This document shows, piece after piece, positions 8,967 through 17,923 of a stretch of 46,261 nt of DNA. This DNA is from Thermoplasmata archaeon. Its GTDB lineage: Archaea; Thermoplasmatota; Thermoplasmata; Lutacidiplasmatales; UBA184. The notes under the pieces are model-generated. The model made no database searches and was not told where the DNA came from. It worked only from the letters and a program-made list of their open reading frames with translations. Location: NCBI GenBank assembly GCA_030039715.1, contig JASHVA010000033.1:1-46261 (forward strand), read 5' to 3'. The translations under genes and the position numbers were made by a program. Numbering within the stretch: the stretch's first letter is position 1; every line of letters starts with the position of its first letter.

Positions 8967-9146
8967 CTCGGCTCCGAGGGGCGTGCGAGCGGGGTTCGGT
9001 ATAAGACGTTTATCGCGCGGAGGGCGAGCTCCGCCGACCGGACGCCGTTCCGAGCGTCTTAATCCCCGGACTCGTTCCGTCGGCGCGGGGGGACGAAGAC
9101 GACGGGCGAGCGCGTCGTCGGGCTCGACGAGGCCGGGCGCGGCAGC

Positions 9147-9764
9147 GTGCTCGGTCCGCTCGTCGTCGGCGCGTTCGCCTGCGAGGCGACCGCGATCCCC
9201 GCCGTCGTCGCCGCGGGAGCGCGCGACTCGAAGCAGCTCACGCCGTCGCGCCGCGAGGAGGTCTACCGGCGGCTCGAGTCGCTCGGCGAACGGCGGTGGA
9301 TCTCGCTGCCCCCGCGCACGATCGACCGGTACGTCGCGCGCGGCCGGCTGAACCAGCTCGAGCTCGAGGCGTTCGCCGAGCTCGTGCGCGCGGTCCGACC
9401 GGACGTCGCCTACGTCGACGCCTGCGACCCCAACGAGGAGCGGTTCGGCCAGCGCCTGGCGACGCTCGCGGGCGGGACGGTCCGGGTCGTCAGCCGGCAT
9501 CGGGCCGACCGGGACCTGCCGATCGTCGGCGCCGCCTCCGTGGTCGCGAAGGTGCGGCGCGACGCCGAGCTCGCCGAGCTCCGGACCCTCGTCGACGAGC
9601 CGCTCGGTACCGGCTACCCGTCCGACCCGACGACCCGGGACTGCGTGCTGCGGCATGCCGCGGACGGACGGCGCGTCCCGCCGTGGATGCGACGCTCGTG
9701 GGAGACGGTCCAAAGGGTTAAGCGAAGTCGACCGGCTCGGACCCTCGAAGCGTTCGCCCCATGA
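9147..9764 (+). CDS. rnhB: Ribonuclease HII (5' end unresolved; conserved sequence continues upstream to about 9093-9111)
   Basis: Track ORF starts at GTG 9147 (LGPLVVGAF...). The same frame upstream reads ..ERVVGLDEAGRGS, the RNase HII catalytic DEAGRG motif. There is no ATG/GTG/TTG between the in-frame stop (9060) and 9147. Confidence 0.85.
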   Translation: MLGPLVVGAFACEATAIPAVVAAGARDSKQLTPSRREEVYRRLESLGERRWISLPPRTIDRYVARGRLNQLELEAFAELVRAVRPDVAYVDACDPNEERFGQRLATLAGGTVRVVSRHRADRDLPIVGAASVVAKVRRDAELAELRTLVDEPLGTGYPSDPTTRDCVLRHAADGRRVPPWMRRSWETVQRVKRSRPARTLEAFAP

Positions 9765-10096
9765 CCGTCGAAGAGACGCTCGCCCACCTCGTGGACCGGT
9801 TCAACCGGAAGGCCGAGGCGACCCCCGCGATGAAGGAGGAACTCCAGGGACTCGCCCGCACGATCCGGATCCGGCTGACGGACGGGGCGAGCTACGCGGT
9901 CGACCTCAAGGAGGGCCGGCTGACCAACCTGAGGACCGCTCCGAACGGGAGCGCCGACGTGACGATCACGACGGACGTCGCGACGTTCCACGGGCTCGTG
10001 AAGAAGGAGATCGGGCCGATGAAGGCGCTCGTGACGCGCAAGCTCGCGATCGAGGGGAGCCTCGAGGATAAGCTCCTCTTCCGCAAGCTGCTCTAG
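9761..10096 (+). CDS. SCP2 (sterol carrier protein 2)-like lipid-binding domain protein
   Basis: 111 aa. ..VTITTDVATFHGLVKKEIGPMKALVTRKLAIEGSLEDKLLFRKLL is the typical SCP2 C-terminal pattern. ATGA overlap with the rnhB stop. Confidence 0.8.
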   Translation: MTVEETLAHLVDRFNRKAEATPAMKEELQGLARTIRIRLTDGASYAVDLKEGRLTNLRTAPNGSADVTITTDVATFHGLVKKEIGPMKALVTRKLAIEGSLEDKLLFRKLL

Positions 10097-10105
10097 GCGG
10101 CCCCG

Positions 10106-10606
10106 TCACGGGAGAAAGACGCACGAGGCGACGCAGACCCCGTAGTGGTCCATCGGGATCGAGAGCTCCTCGGTGCGGTACTGGATCCGGCGCAGCTCGA
10201 CGCCGCGGAAGTGCGCGATCTCCTGCATCCGCCACCGCAGGAACTCCTTGAGGGACTTCTGCGTCCCGTGGAGGTGCGCCTCGGCGACGTAGCCGCCCTG
10301 GCCGTCGGTCCGGAACCCGTAGGCGATCCCCGCGCTGATCACCTCGCCCTCTCCCCCCGCGTACCGGGCGAGGACGGCGTGCGTGATCGCGCCGCGGGCG
10401 ATCGGCACGCGGTCGACCTGGCGGATCCCGATCGGGAGGACGGAGGAGACGCTGACGAGGTTGCAGTCGCCGATTCCCGCCTGCAGGAGCGCGAGGTCGA
10501 ACGCGTTGAGTTCGCTCGTCTTGTTGATCCCCTTGCCGCTCGTGACGAAGAATCGGGTCGGGACGGGCACGAGCGTCGAGGCCCCGGCGGAGGTGCGGGC
10601 GGGCAC
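10106..10606 (-). CDS. pdaD: Pyruvoyl-dependent arginine decarboxylase
   Basis: 166 aa. PTRFFVTSGKG..ELNAFDLALLQAGIGDCNLVSVSSVLP contains the self-cleavage SS site characteristic of PdaD. Confidence 0.9.
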   Translation of the reverse strand: MPARTSAGASTLVPVPTRFFVTSGKGINKTSELNAFDLALLQAGIGDCNLVSVSSVLPIGIRQVDRVPIARGAITHAVLARYAGGEGEVISAGIAYGFRTDGQGGYVAEAHLHGTQKSLKEFLRWRMQEIAHFRGVELRRIQYRTEELSIPMDHYGVCVASCVFLP

Positions 10607-10652
10607 GGAGTCGCCGAAGGTCCGTCGGGCTTAACCTTTCGCGGCGCGACGG

Positions 10653-11222
10653 CTAGACCATGATCGCGTGGCGGCGGCGCATCGACTCCTCGGTCTCGCC
10701 GCGGGCCTTCAGGAGCTCCGCGATGAGCGCGTCGGTGAGCCGGAGGCTCGCCGACTCGAAGAGCGTGCCGAGCGGCGCGAGGCGGGGGCGTTCCGCATCT
10801 TCGGGAAGGTCGAGCGTGAGGAGGGCGGTCGCGATGTGGGCGAGCTTCGAGGAGGCTCTCGCCGTGCAGACGATCAGCTCCGCCCCCTCCCGTCGGACGA
10901 TGTTCGCGGTCTGGATCGACGAGGAGCTCTCCCCGCGACCCGACAGGATGAACACCGCGTCCCCCCGCCGCACGATCGGCGTGACGCTCTCGCCGATCAC
11001 GTAGGCCGAGAGCCCGATCTGCACGAGGCGCATCGCGAAGGCGCGCCCGATGATGCCGCTGCGGCCGGCCCCGTAGACGAACGTCGCCGGGGCCCGGGCC
11101 AGTATCCGGACCGCGGTCGCGACCGCCGCCGGCTCGAGGCGGTCGAGCGCCTCGGTCACCCGCTCGGCGATGTACCGTTGGGCCCGGCGAAAGGTCGCGG
11201 CCTCAGCGTCGGCGTCCGCCAC
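10653..11222 (-). CDS. hxlB: SIS-domain protein, 6-phospho-3-hexuloisomerase-like
   Basis: 189 aa. FVYGAGRSGIIGRAFAMRLVQIGLSAYVIGESVTP..DAVFILSGRGESSS matches the PHI/SIS pattern. Confidence 0.75.
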   Translation of the reverse strand: MADADAEAATFRRAQRYIAERVTEALDRLEPAAVATAVRILARAPATFVYGAGRSGIIGRAFAMRLVQIGLSAYVIGESVTPIVRRGDAVFILSGRGESSSSIQTANIVRREGAELIVCTARASSKLAHIATALLTLDLPEDAERPRLAPLGTLFESASLRLTDALIAELLKARGETEESMRRRHAIMV

Positions 11223-12402
11223 GGCGGACCTCCTTCGAACGCCGGACCGGCCGGGACGGCTTCGCGCGGGACGGTCTCGCGCTCGGGCGTCGAGCCGGCT
11301 TCGGCTTCGGCTTCGGCTTGGGCCTCTCCGTCGCCTTCGGCTTCTCGGCGGGCGCGGGCGCCGGCTTCTTCGCGGGGGGCGGCGGCGGCGCGTGCTGCTT
11401 CGTCCACCGCCGGGTGAGCGCGCGTTCGTAGAGGAGCTTCATGTACATCGCGTCGTGCTCGAGGAGGGGCGAGCTCGAGATCACCGTCACGTCGTAGTCG
11501 CGCTCCGCGAGGAGCTCGGCGAGCGGGTCGAAGCGGACGAGCCCCCGCTTGATCGGCGTCAGGCGGAATTCCCCCGAGCCGTAGAACTCGACGCCGGAGA
11601 AGTTGAGGTAGAGCGGGCCGTCGGTCGCCGCGACGAACTCCTTCAGGATCGGCTCGAGCTGCTCGGGCTCGTCGAACGAGCGGCGCTCGCGCGCCGCGAG
11701 GTGGGGGAGGTTGAGCACCGGGACCGTGCCCTTCACCCGGTGGACGAGGTCGAGGACCTCCTCCCGCGAGCCGAAGACGTCGGGGTGGCCGCTCGGCTCG
11801 ATCGCGAGCCGGACGGCGCCGCGGGAGAACTGCTTCAGCCAGGAGGCGAGGTCGGTGACGATCTCGGTGAGCTCCTGGATCGAGTCGGCCCGCTCGCCGC
11901 CGCCGTAGAAGCCGAGGTGCGTCACCGCGAGCCGGGCGCCGAGCCCCTGGGCGAGGACGCCGGCCCACTGGATCTGGCGCGTCGACTGCTCGCGCGCGTC
12001 GCTCGAGCCGAAGAAGTCGACGTAGTACGGCGCGTGGAGCGTGAGGTCGGTGTCGAGCGCCCGCGCGAGCGCCTTCGTCTGCTGGAGGTCCGCGTAGTCC
12101 TTCGCGAGGCTCCAGGTGAGCGTGGTCAGCGAGTCCCGCTTCTTGATCGGTCCGGTCAGGGCGCCGAGCGACGGGACCCCTCCCTGGTGCTCCGCGCTCC
12201 CGACGTTCATCACGAGCTGCTGCGCGAGCTCGCGCGGGACCTTCCCGACCTCCTCGTCGAGCGCGAGCCGCGTGAGCGGATTCACCTTGATGAACTGGAC
12301 CTCCATCGCGGTGAGGCCGAGATGATGCACGTCGGCGATCCCGTCCCGGAGCGTGCGCCCCTTGCACGAGAGAGGGATCCCCGCAGGTCCGAAACGGATC
12401 AC
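11203..12402 (-). CDS. Xylose-isomerase-like TIM-barrel protein (endonuclease IV / sugar-phosphate isomerase superfamily) with a Lys/Pro-rich basic C-terminal tail
   Basis: 399 aa. MIRFGPAGIP...GLTAMEVQF..LTLHAPYY..THLGFYG..AIEPSG pattern of the AP-endonuclease-2 TIM barrel. Tail is ..AKKPAPAPAEKPKATERPKPKPKPKPARRPSARPSRAKPSRPVRRSK. TATA-like CTATATAG at about 12441-12450. Confidence 0.8.
   Translation of the reverse strand: MIRFGPAGIPLSCKGRTLRDGIADVHHLGLTAMEVQFIKVNPLTRLALDEEVGKVPRELAQQLVMNVGSAEHQGGVPSLGALTGPIKKRDSLTTLTWSLAKDYADLQQTKALARALDTDLTLHAPYYVDFFGSSDAREQSTRQIQWAGVLAQGLGARLAVTHLGFYGGGERADSIQELTEIVTDLASWLKQFSRGAVRLAIEPSGHPDVFGSREEVLDLVHRVKGTVPVLNLPHLAARERRSFDEPEQLEPILKEFVAATDGPLYLNFSGVEFYGSGEFRLTPIKRGLVRFDPLAELLAERDYDVTVISSSPLLEHDAMYMKLLYERALTRRWTKQHAPPPPPAKKPAPAPAEKPKATERPKPKPKPKPARRPSARPSRAKPSRPVRRSKEVRRGGRRR
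11297..11320. repeat. Tandem hexanucleotide repeat (GGCTTC)x3 + GGCTTG
   Basis: Read directly. It encodes the KPKPKPKP stretch of the minus-strand TIM-barrel protein tail. Confidence 0.9.
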
Positions 12403-12448
12403 GAGTAACCAGACCTCAAAAACGACGGACCCGCGGGAAGGTGCGAAC

Positions 12449-13093
12449 CTATATAGCGGGAGCCCGGGGCGCGGCCGGGACCGATCCCGGTCCCTCCCGC
12501 GCGGGCCGAAAGCCGCGCGCCACGAGGTACAGTTCGGAGGACGGTTCCCGGGACGCCGGCGGCTTCGTGCGCCGGACGTCGGAGAAGTCGCCGCGGAGCT
12601 CCGCCTCGAGCGACGGGACGAGGTCGCCGTCGAACACCTTCGCGACGAACGATCCTCCCGGGAGGAGGACCGTCCGGGCGAGCCGGAGCGCGGCGCGGAC
12701 GAGGTCGACGGACCGGGCGTGGTCGGTGGCGTAGGCGCCGCTGATCCGCGGCGACATGTCGGAGAGCACCACGTCGAAGCGCGTTCCCCCGAGGCGGGCC
12801 GCGAGCCGTTCGTCCCCGACCCGGCCGCGCACGACCTCGACGCCGTCGATCGGCTCGATCGCCCGGGGGTCGACGGCGACCACGCGTCCCCGCGACCCGA
12901 CGCGGTCGGCCGCGACCAGGGACCAGCCGCCCGGCGCCGCCCCGAGGTCGAGCGCCCGGGCGCCCGGCCGCAGGATCCGGAACCGGTCGTCCACGTAGGC
13001 GAGCTTGAACGCCGCCCGGGAGCGCAGTCCCTCGCGCTGGGCCGCGCGGTAGTACGGGTCCCGTCGCCGTTCCGCGACGAAGCGGCGAGGCAT
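12449..13093 (-). CDS. rlmE: 23S rRNA (uridine-2'-O)-methyltransferase RlmE/FtsJ
   Basis: Internal ATG at 13093 (MPRRFVAERRRDPYYRAAQREGLRSRAAFKL), then DLGAAPGGWS, the SAM motif, DMSP, and the K-D-K-E context. The track ORF extends spuriously to 13228 across a tRNA. Confidence 0.88.
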   Translation of the reverse strand: MPRRFVAERRRDPYYRAAQREGLRSRAAFKLAYVDDRFRILRPGARALDLGAAPGGWSLVAADRVGSRGRVVAVDPRAIEPIDGVEVVRGRVGDERLAARLGGTRFDVVLSDMSPRISGAYATDHARSVDLVRAALRLARTVLLPGGSFVAKVFDGDLVPSLEAELRGDFSDVRRTKPPASREPSSELYLVARGFRPAREGPGSVPAAPRAPAI

Positions 13094-13151
13094 CGCGGCC
13101 GGCGGGAGCCGACCCGGCTTTATGACGGGACCGCCCGGGCCGGGCGGCGGA

Positions 13152-13226
13152 TGGGGCCGTCCGAATTTGAATCGGAGTCTCTTGCACCCCAAGCAAGAAG
13201 GATGGTCCAAGCTACCCCACGGCCCC
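13152..13226 (-). tRNA. tRNA-Pro (anticodon GGG), no encoded CCA
   Basis: Hand-folded on the minus strand. Acceptor GGGGCCG/CGGCCCC. Anticodon arm CTTGC-TTGGGGT-GCAAG. T arm TCCGA-TTCAAAT-TCGGA. D-loop has A14 and GG. Discriminator A. TATA-like ATTATCTAAAC lies about 30-40 nt upstream (13256-13268). Confidence 0.85.
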
Positions 13227-13287
13227 ACGCCGCGCGGCGGCGCGCCGACCCGGACCGTTTAGATAATGGTTTCCGGCCCGCGGGGCG

Positions 13288-13473
13288 TCAGTGGTGGACG
13301 TAGAACCAGGCGCCCATCCCGAAGGCGACGATGATCGCGATGCTCGCGACCGTCACCCAGAAGAAGACCCAGAGCTCGTGGGCCCCCTCCTCGGGGGTCA
13401 CGTGGGCCGGCGCGGTCGACGTGCCGGGCGTCGGCGTGTAGGGGGTGCGGTACGGTTCTCCGCCCTCGGTCAC
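13288..13473 (-). CDS. Small membrane protein (one C-terminal TM helix)
   Basis: 61 aa, GTG start. The Pro/Thr-rich N-terminus is followed by LWVFFWVTVASIAIIVAFGMGAWFYV. A TATA-like GTTAAGAAT lies about 25-35 nt upstream. Confidence 0.5.
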   Translation of the reverse strand: MTEGGEPYRTPYTPTPGTSTAPAHVTPEEGAHELWVFFWVTVASIAIIVAFGMGAWFYVHH

Positions 13474-13529
13474 GGCGACCCGACCGAAAGCAGTCGGGCG
13501 CGATTCTTAACGGCTCGGTTCGTGCGGGT

Positions 13530-14255
13530 CTATCCGGCGAACCACGGGAGTCGCGCCGCGGGGCCGGTCGGCTTCAGCACGAGGAGATGCAGGTTCGCCC
13601 CCGGGTCGCCGGGCGCATAGGCGTCGCGCTGGGCGAGCTGGTAGAGGAGGTAGAGCGCGTCCTCGTCGGAGTGGACGCCGAGCGAGCGCTGCACGTCGAT
13701 CCCGAAGCGCTGGCGCAGGAGCGCGAGCATCTCCTCGAAGTCGATCGGCCCGGACTCCTCGCCGCCCTGGGCCCGGCGGAAGAGGCCGACCACGATGCCG
13801 GTGGCGACGCGGAGGATCTCCCTCGGCTCGGCGACGCGGAGCCGGAAGTGGGCCGCGTTCGCCGCCGCGCGGTCCGCGGGCGGCACGACCAGCACGGCAA
13901 CCTCGCTCTCGACGGCCTCGGCTCCGGTGCGCGAAAGGCGCGCCCAGGTCTCGTCCGCGGCGCCGTCGTTCGCGACCACGAAGATCGCGCGGTGCGGCGG
14001 CGAGCGGTCCGTTCGGACCCCGGCCGCCCAGCGGTCGACCCCTTCGTCGACGGTCCCGGACGCCGCACCGTAGACGAAGACCGGGAACGTGCGGCGGGGC
14101 ACCCCGGCCTCCTGCACCCAGAACGACGGGGCCGTCTCCGACTCGCGACGGGCCGGCGGCACGCGGGCGAATCCCAGCTTCTTCAGCACGGTCTCGGCGC
14201 TGCGCAGTCGGTCGGCGGCGCCTCCGACCCGGTCGGAGTCCGACATCCGCTCCAC
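13530..14255 (-). CDS. Hypothetical protein, no family recognised
   Basis: 241-aa ORF with balanced, non-artefact composition (e.g. IDFEEMLALLRQRFGIDVQRSLGVHSDEDALYLLYQLAQRDAY). Same strand as flanking genes. Confidence 0.65.
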   Translation of the reverse strand: MERMSDSDRVGGAADRLRSAETVLKKLGFARVPPARRESETAPSFWVQEAGVPRRTFPVFVYGAASGTVDEGVDRWAAGVRTDRSPPHRAIFVVANDGAADETWARLSRTGAEAVESEVAVLVVPPADRAAANAAHFRLRVAEPREILRVATGIVVGLFRRAQGGEESGPIDFEEMLALLRQRFGIDVQRSLGVHSDEDALYLLYQLAQRDAYAPGDPGANLHLLVLKPTGPAARLPWFAG

Positions 14256-14303
14256 TAGTACGGGCGCCCGAGATAAGCTCGACGTGCGAGTGGCGCGGGG
14301 TAA

Positions 14304-15230
14304 CTAGAGTCCGGCAGGGAAACCGACGCGGAGGAGCGGGGCGTTCGCCACGATCGCGAGGACGACCGCGAGGAGGTACGGCCCCGAGTAGATGAACCCG
14401 CGACGCGCGACCGGTCGCGTGACCTCTCGCCAGAGCGGCAGCGTGAGCGCGACGAACAGGACGCCGAGGACGAGGAGGAGGACGAGGATCGGCCAGGCGA
14501 GGACCCCCGTGAGCCCGATGAGCAGGGTCGCGGGGACGAGGAGCGCGGCCGAGACGACGACCACCTTCCCCGAGAACGCCACGTCGTCCATCCGCGGCAG
14601 CATCGGGAGCCCGACCCGGGCGTAGTCGTCCTTGAGGAGGAGCGCGAGGCTCCAGAAGTGCGGCGGCGTCCACAGGAAGACGAGCACCGCGAAGGCGATC
14701 ACCCCGGGAGTCCAGGCGCCGACCGCCGCGGCGCTCCCGGCGAGGGCGGGCGCGCTGCCCGCGAATCCTCCGATGACGATGTTCCAGCTCGACCGGCGCT
14801 TCAGGAGCGCGGTATAGACGACGACGTAGGTCAGTCCCCCGAGGAAGATAGAGAATCCGGTGAGCGGATTCAGGAGCCAGCTCGCGAAGCCGACGCCCGC
14901 GCCGAGGAAGGCGAGCCCGAGGACGGCGACGGCGCCGCTCGGAGCGATCCGCTCGTCGGGGAGTGGCCGCGAGCGCGTCCGCTTCATCCGGGCGTCGACG
15001 TCCCGGTCGAGGTAGTGGTTCAGCATCGCCGCGCCGGCGGAGGCGGCCGCCCCGGTGACGAGCAGGACGCCGAGCCGGAGCCAGTCGATCGGCTGGGGCG
15101 TCGCGAGCAGGAAGCCGCCGAGGGCGACGGTGCAGATCAGCGCGGTGATGCCGGGCTTCGCGAGCGCGAGGAAGTCGCGCGCCCGGCTCGGAGGGCGGGT
15201 CGATGCGGCCGTCGCGGGAGGGGAGGCCAT
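14304..15230 (-). CDS. ctaB: Protoheme IX farnesyltransferase (heme O synthase)
   Basis: Internal ATG at 15230 (MASPPATAAS..DFLALAKPGITALI). NHYLDRDVDARMKRTRSRPLP is the UbiA-family Asp-rich motif. Multi-TM. Confidence 0.9.
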   Translation of the reverse strand: MASPPATAASTRPPSRARDFLALAKPGITALICTVALGGFLLATPQPIDWLRLGVLLVTGAAASAGAAMLNHYLDRDVDARMKRTRSRPLPDERIAPSGAVAVLGLAFLGAGVGFASWLLNPLTGFSIFLGGLTYVVVYTALLKRRSSWNIVIGGFAGSAPALAGSAAAVGAWTPGVIAFAVLVFLWTPPHFWSLALLLKDDYARVGLPMLPRMDDVAFSGKVVVVSAALLVPATLLIGLTGVLAWPILVLLLVLGVLFVALTLPLWREVTRPVARRGFIYSGPYLLAVVLAIVANAPLLRVGFPAGL

Positions 15231-15259
15231 CGCTCGACGCCGGCCCTCGGGCGCGACGC

Positions 15260-15841
15260 TCAGCCCTCCCGGGGGGTGACGCCGGCGACGGGGCGGTCGA
15301 CGCTCCGATCCCGGGCGGTGGGGCGCGGCGCGGCCGCCGACGGGGCCGGACGGTCCTCCTCCGAGGCGCGGCGGGCCCACTCGATCCATCGGCGCGGCAT
15401 CTCTTTCAGGTTCGCGAGGACGGTCAGGATGAGCAGCACCCCGAAGAGCACGGTCGCGATCGCGAGATGCACGAGGACGACGCCCGCGAGGAGCGACGTC
15501 TCGATGACGAGCCCGCCGAGCAGCGCTTCCGTGACGACGAGGGCCAGCGCCCCGAGTGCGAGCTTGAGCAGCGCCTTGCGGCTCCGTTCGAACGCCACGC
15601 CGAGGAGCGTCAGCACGAGCACGCTCATCGAGAGGAAGAACGCGGAGACGCGGTGACTCCACTCGATCGCCGCCCCGCCCGTGAACGCGGGGAGGAGGTT
15701 GCCGTTCCCGTAGCAGGTCGGCCAGTCGGGGCAGGCGAGGCCGTTGTCGGTCGTGATCACGTTCCCGCCGAGGATGATCGTCATGTAGCAGAGGACGAGC
15801 GCGACGACGGCGGCGATGCGGAAGAAATCGTGGCCGCGCAT
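15260..15841 (-). CDS. ctaA: Heme A synthase, short archaeal type (CtaA/COX15 family)
   Basis: 193 aa, 4 predicted TM helices. Carries the CPDWPTC motif and His residues (EWSHR, VLVHL) typical of CtaA. Sits between coxI and ctaB. Confidence 0.8.
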   Translation of the reverse strand: MRGHDFFRIAAVVALVLCYMTIILGGNVITTDNGLACPDWPTCYGNGNLLPAFTGGAAIEWSHRVSAFFLSMSVLVLTLLGVAFERSRKALLKLALGALALVVTEALLGGLVIETSLLAGVVLVHLAIATVLFGVLLILTVLANLKEMPRRWIEWARRASEEDRPAPSAAAPRPTARDRSVDRPVAGVTPREG

Positions 15842-15848
15842 CGGGGTC

Positions 15849-17552
15849 CTAGGGGGTCTCCGCCACCGGCGCCGCGGTCGGGAGCGGCCCGGGGGCTGGA
15901 GCCCGCGAGGGGAGCGGCGCCGCCGTGGGGCCCCGCATCGTGCGCGGGAGCTCCTCGCCCCACGGGTCGGCGGACGTCACCGGGTCGCCGGCGTAGTAGC
16001 TGTAGATCATGTTGAACAGGAACACGAGCTGACCTATCCCGAGTATGTACGCACCGAGCGTCGAAAGGAAGTTCAGCGCCTGGAAGTTCCCGCTGTAGAG
16101 GTAGGTGTAGACCCTCCGGGGCATCCCCTCCGCTCCGAGGATGAACATCGGGAAGAGGAGGAGGTTGACCCCGACGTACGTGAGGAGGAAGTGGAGCTGT
16201 CCGAGGCTCTGGCTGTACCAGCGCTTCGTGATGATCGGGAACCAGAAGTAGATCCCGGCGAAGATGGCCATCAGCGTCCCGCCGAGCAGGATGTAGTGGA
16301 AGTGGGCGACGACGAAGTACGTCCCGTGGTAGAGGTAGTCGATCGGGATCGACGCGAGGAAGAGGCCGGAAAGTCCACCGATGACGAATCCGGTGATGAA
16401 GGCGAGGCAGAACCACATCGGCACCGCCATCCAGATGCGGCCGCCCCAGAGCGTCGCGACCCAGTTGAACACCTTCACCGCGGACGGGACGGCGACCGCG
16501 AAGGTCGCGAGCATGAAGACGAACCGCACGTCGGTCGAGATCCCCGTCACGAACATGTGGTGCTCCCAGACCGCGAACGAGAGCACGGCGAACGCGCCGA
16601 GGGCGATCGCCATCGCGCTGTAGCCGAAGATGTCCTTGCGGGCGAGCTTCGGGATGATCGTGGAGACGATGCCGAACGCCGGTAAGACCATGATGTAGAC
16701 CTCGGGATGCGCGAAGAACCAGAACAGGTTCTGGTACAGCAGCGCCCCACCGAGCGGCGTACCGTCGACCGCCGCGAGGATGTGGGTGCCGAAGTTCCGG
16801 TCCGAGAGGACGAAGGTGAGCGCGATCGACAGCGACGGGAGCGCGAAGATGAGGAGGACCGAGTTGATGAGGGTCGCCCAGACGAAGAGCGGCATGTTCC
16901 AGTAGTGGACGCCGGGGGCCCGGTGCTTGAGGATCGTGACGAGGAAGTTGATCGCGCCGAGCATCGAGGAGATCGTGAGGATGTGGAGCCCCAGGATCCA
17001 GAGGTCGACCCCGTACGGGTTCGGGCCGAACGACTCGAGGCTCAGGGGTACGTAGCCGGTCCAGCCGGCGTAGGCGTTCGACAGGATCAGGATCACGCCG
17101 GCCGGCGGGATCAGCCAGAAGGCGATCGCGTTGATGCGCGGGAGCGCCATCTCCTTCGAGCCGATCATCGACGGCACGAGGTAGTTGCCGAACCCGGCGA
17201 GGGTCGGCATGATGAACATGAAGATCATCAACACCCCGTGCATCGTGAACAGGGTCGAGTAGACGTCCGGCGTGATCCCGAGGGTCGTCTGGGGATCGAG
17301 GCCGAGTCCCTGCACCGTTCCGAGGTCGGTGCGGATCAGCGTCGCGTAGATCCCGCCGATGAAGAAGAACATGATCCCCGTGGCGATGTACATGAGGCCG
17401 ATCCGCTGGTGGTCGGTCGTGAAGAGCCACTTCTTGATCGCCGCGACGAGCCAGGGCCCGTGGTACTGCAGGACCCACAGCACGAACCCCGCGAACCCGG
17501 CGATGAGCGCGAGGATCGTCAGCGGCTCGATGAGGGCGGCGAACGTCGTCAT
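15849..17552 (-). CDS. ctaD: Heme-copper oxidase subunit I
   Basis: 567 aa. [19 protein letters not shown] (CuB His plus HPEVY Glu), HHMF, and VAHFHYIL heme ligands. ATGA overlap with the upstream small membrane ORF. Confidence 0.95.
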   Translation of the reverse strand: MTTFAALIEPLTILALIAGFAGFVLWVLQYHGPWLVAAIKKWLFTTDHQRIGLMYIATGIMFFFIGGIYATLIRTDLGTVQGLGLDPQTTLGITPDVYSTLFTMHGVLMIFMFIMPTLAGFGNYLVPSMIGSKEMALPRINAIAFWLIPPAGVILILSNAYAGWTGYVPLSLESFGPNPYGVDLWILGLHILTISSMLGAINFLVTILKHRAPGVHYWNMPLFVWATLINSVLLIFALPSLSIALTFVLSDRNFGTHILAAVDGTPLGGALLYQNLFWFFAHPEVYIMVLPAFGIVSTIIPKLARKDIFGYSAMAIALGAFAVLSFAVWEHHMFVTGISTDVRFVFMLATFAVAVPSAVKVFNWVATLWGGRIWMAVPMWFCLAFITGFVIGGLSGLFLASIPIDYLYHGTYFVVAHFHYILLGGTLMAIFAGIYFWFPIITKRWYSQSLGQLHFLLTYVGVNLLLFPMFILGAEGMPRRVYTYLYSGNFQALNFLSTLGAYILGIGQLVFLFNMIYSYYAGDPVTSADPWGEELPRTMRGPTAAPLPSRAPAPGPLPTAAPVAETP

Positions 17553-17923
17553 GCGATGAGCCCCGCGACGATGTAGGCGCCCGCCGCGACCGCGGCGGCG
17601 AAGATCACGATCATCAGGAATCGGGCCTGGGCCCGCGCCGTCACGGGACCGGGCGGCGTCGGCTGGAACCGACGACCAAGGGGCCAGACGCGGTAGGTCC
17701 GGTCGACGAGGTGGACGACGAGCGCCGCCATGAGGAACATCAGGGCGACCGCGTAGCCGAACGACTGCTGGGCACCGGGGCTCGTGAGCGAGCCGAGCCG
17801 GATGCAGTAGACGATCAGCACCCCGATCCCGATCAGCATCAGGACCGTCACCGTGTCGTAGAGGTCGATCACGCGCCGACGGAGGCGCCGGTACTCGACG
17901 AGGGCGGCGTCCTCGCTACTCAA
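17549..17923 (-). CDS. Small integral membrane protein (about 3 TM), candidate accessory oxidase / bc subunit
   Basis: C-terminal part of track ORF 17549..18175. TTG at 17923 gives [39 protein letters not shown]... The N-terminal part of the track ORF is S/P/R-rich junk. Stop overlaps the coxI ATG. GTG at about 17869 is an alternative start. Confidence 0.6.
   Translation of the reverse strand: MSSEDAALVEYRRLRRRVIDLYDTVTVLMLIGIGVLIVYCIRLGSLTSPGAQQSFGYAVALMFLMAALVVHLVDRTYRVWPLGRRFQPTPPGPVTARAQARFLMIVIFAAAVAAGAYIVAGLIA

Noticed and set aside
8967-9713. Upstream 249 codons of track ORF 8568..9713
   Set aside because: S8e starts at ATG 8966 with its canonical N-terminus. The extension is antisense to rnhB.
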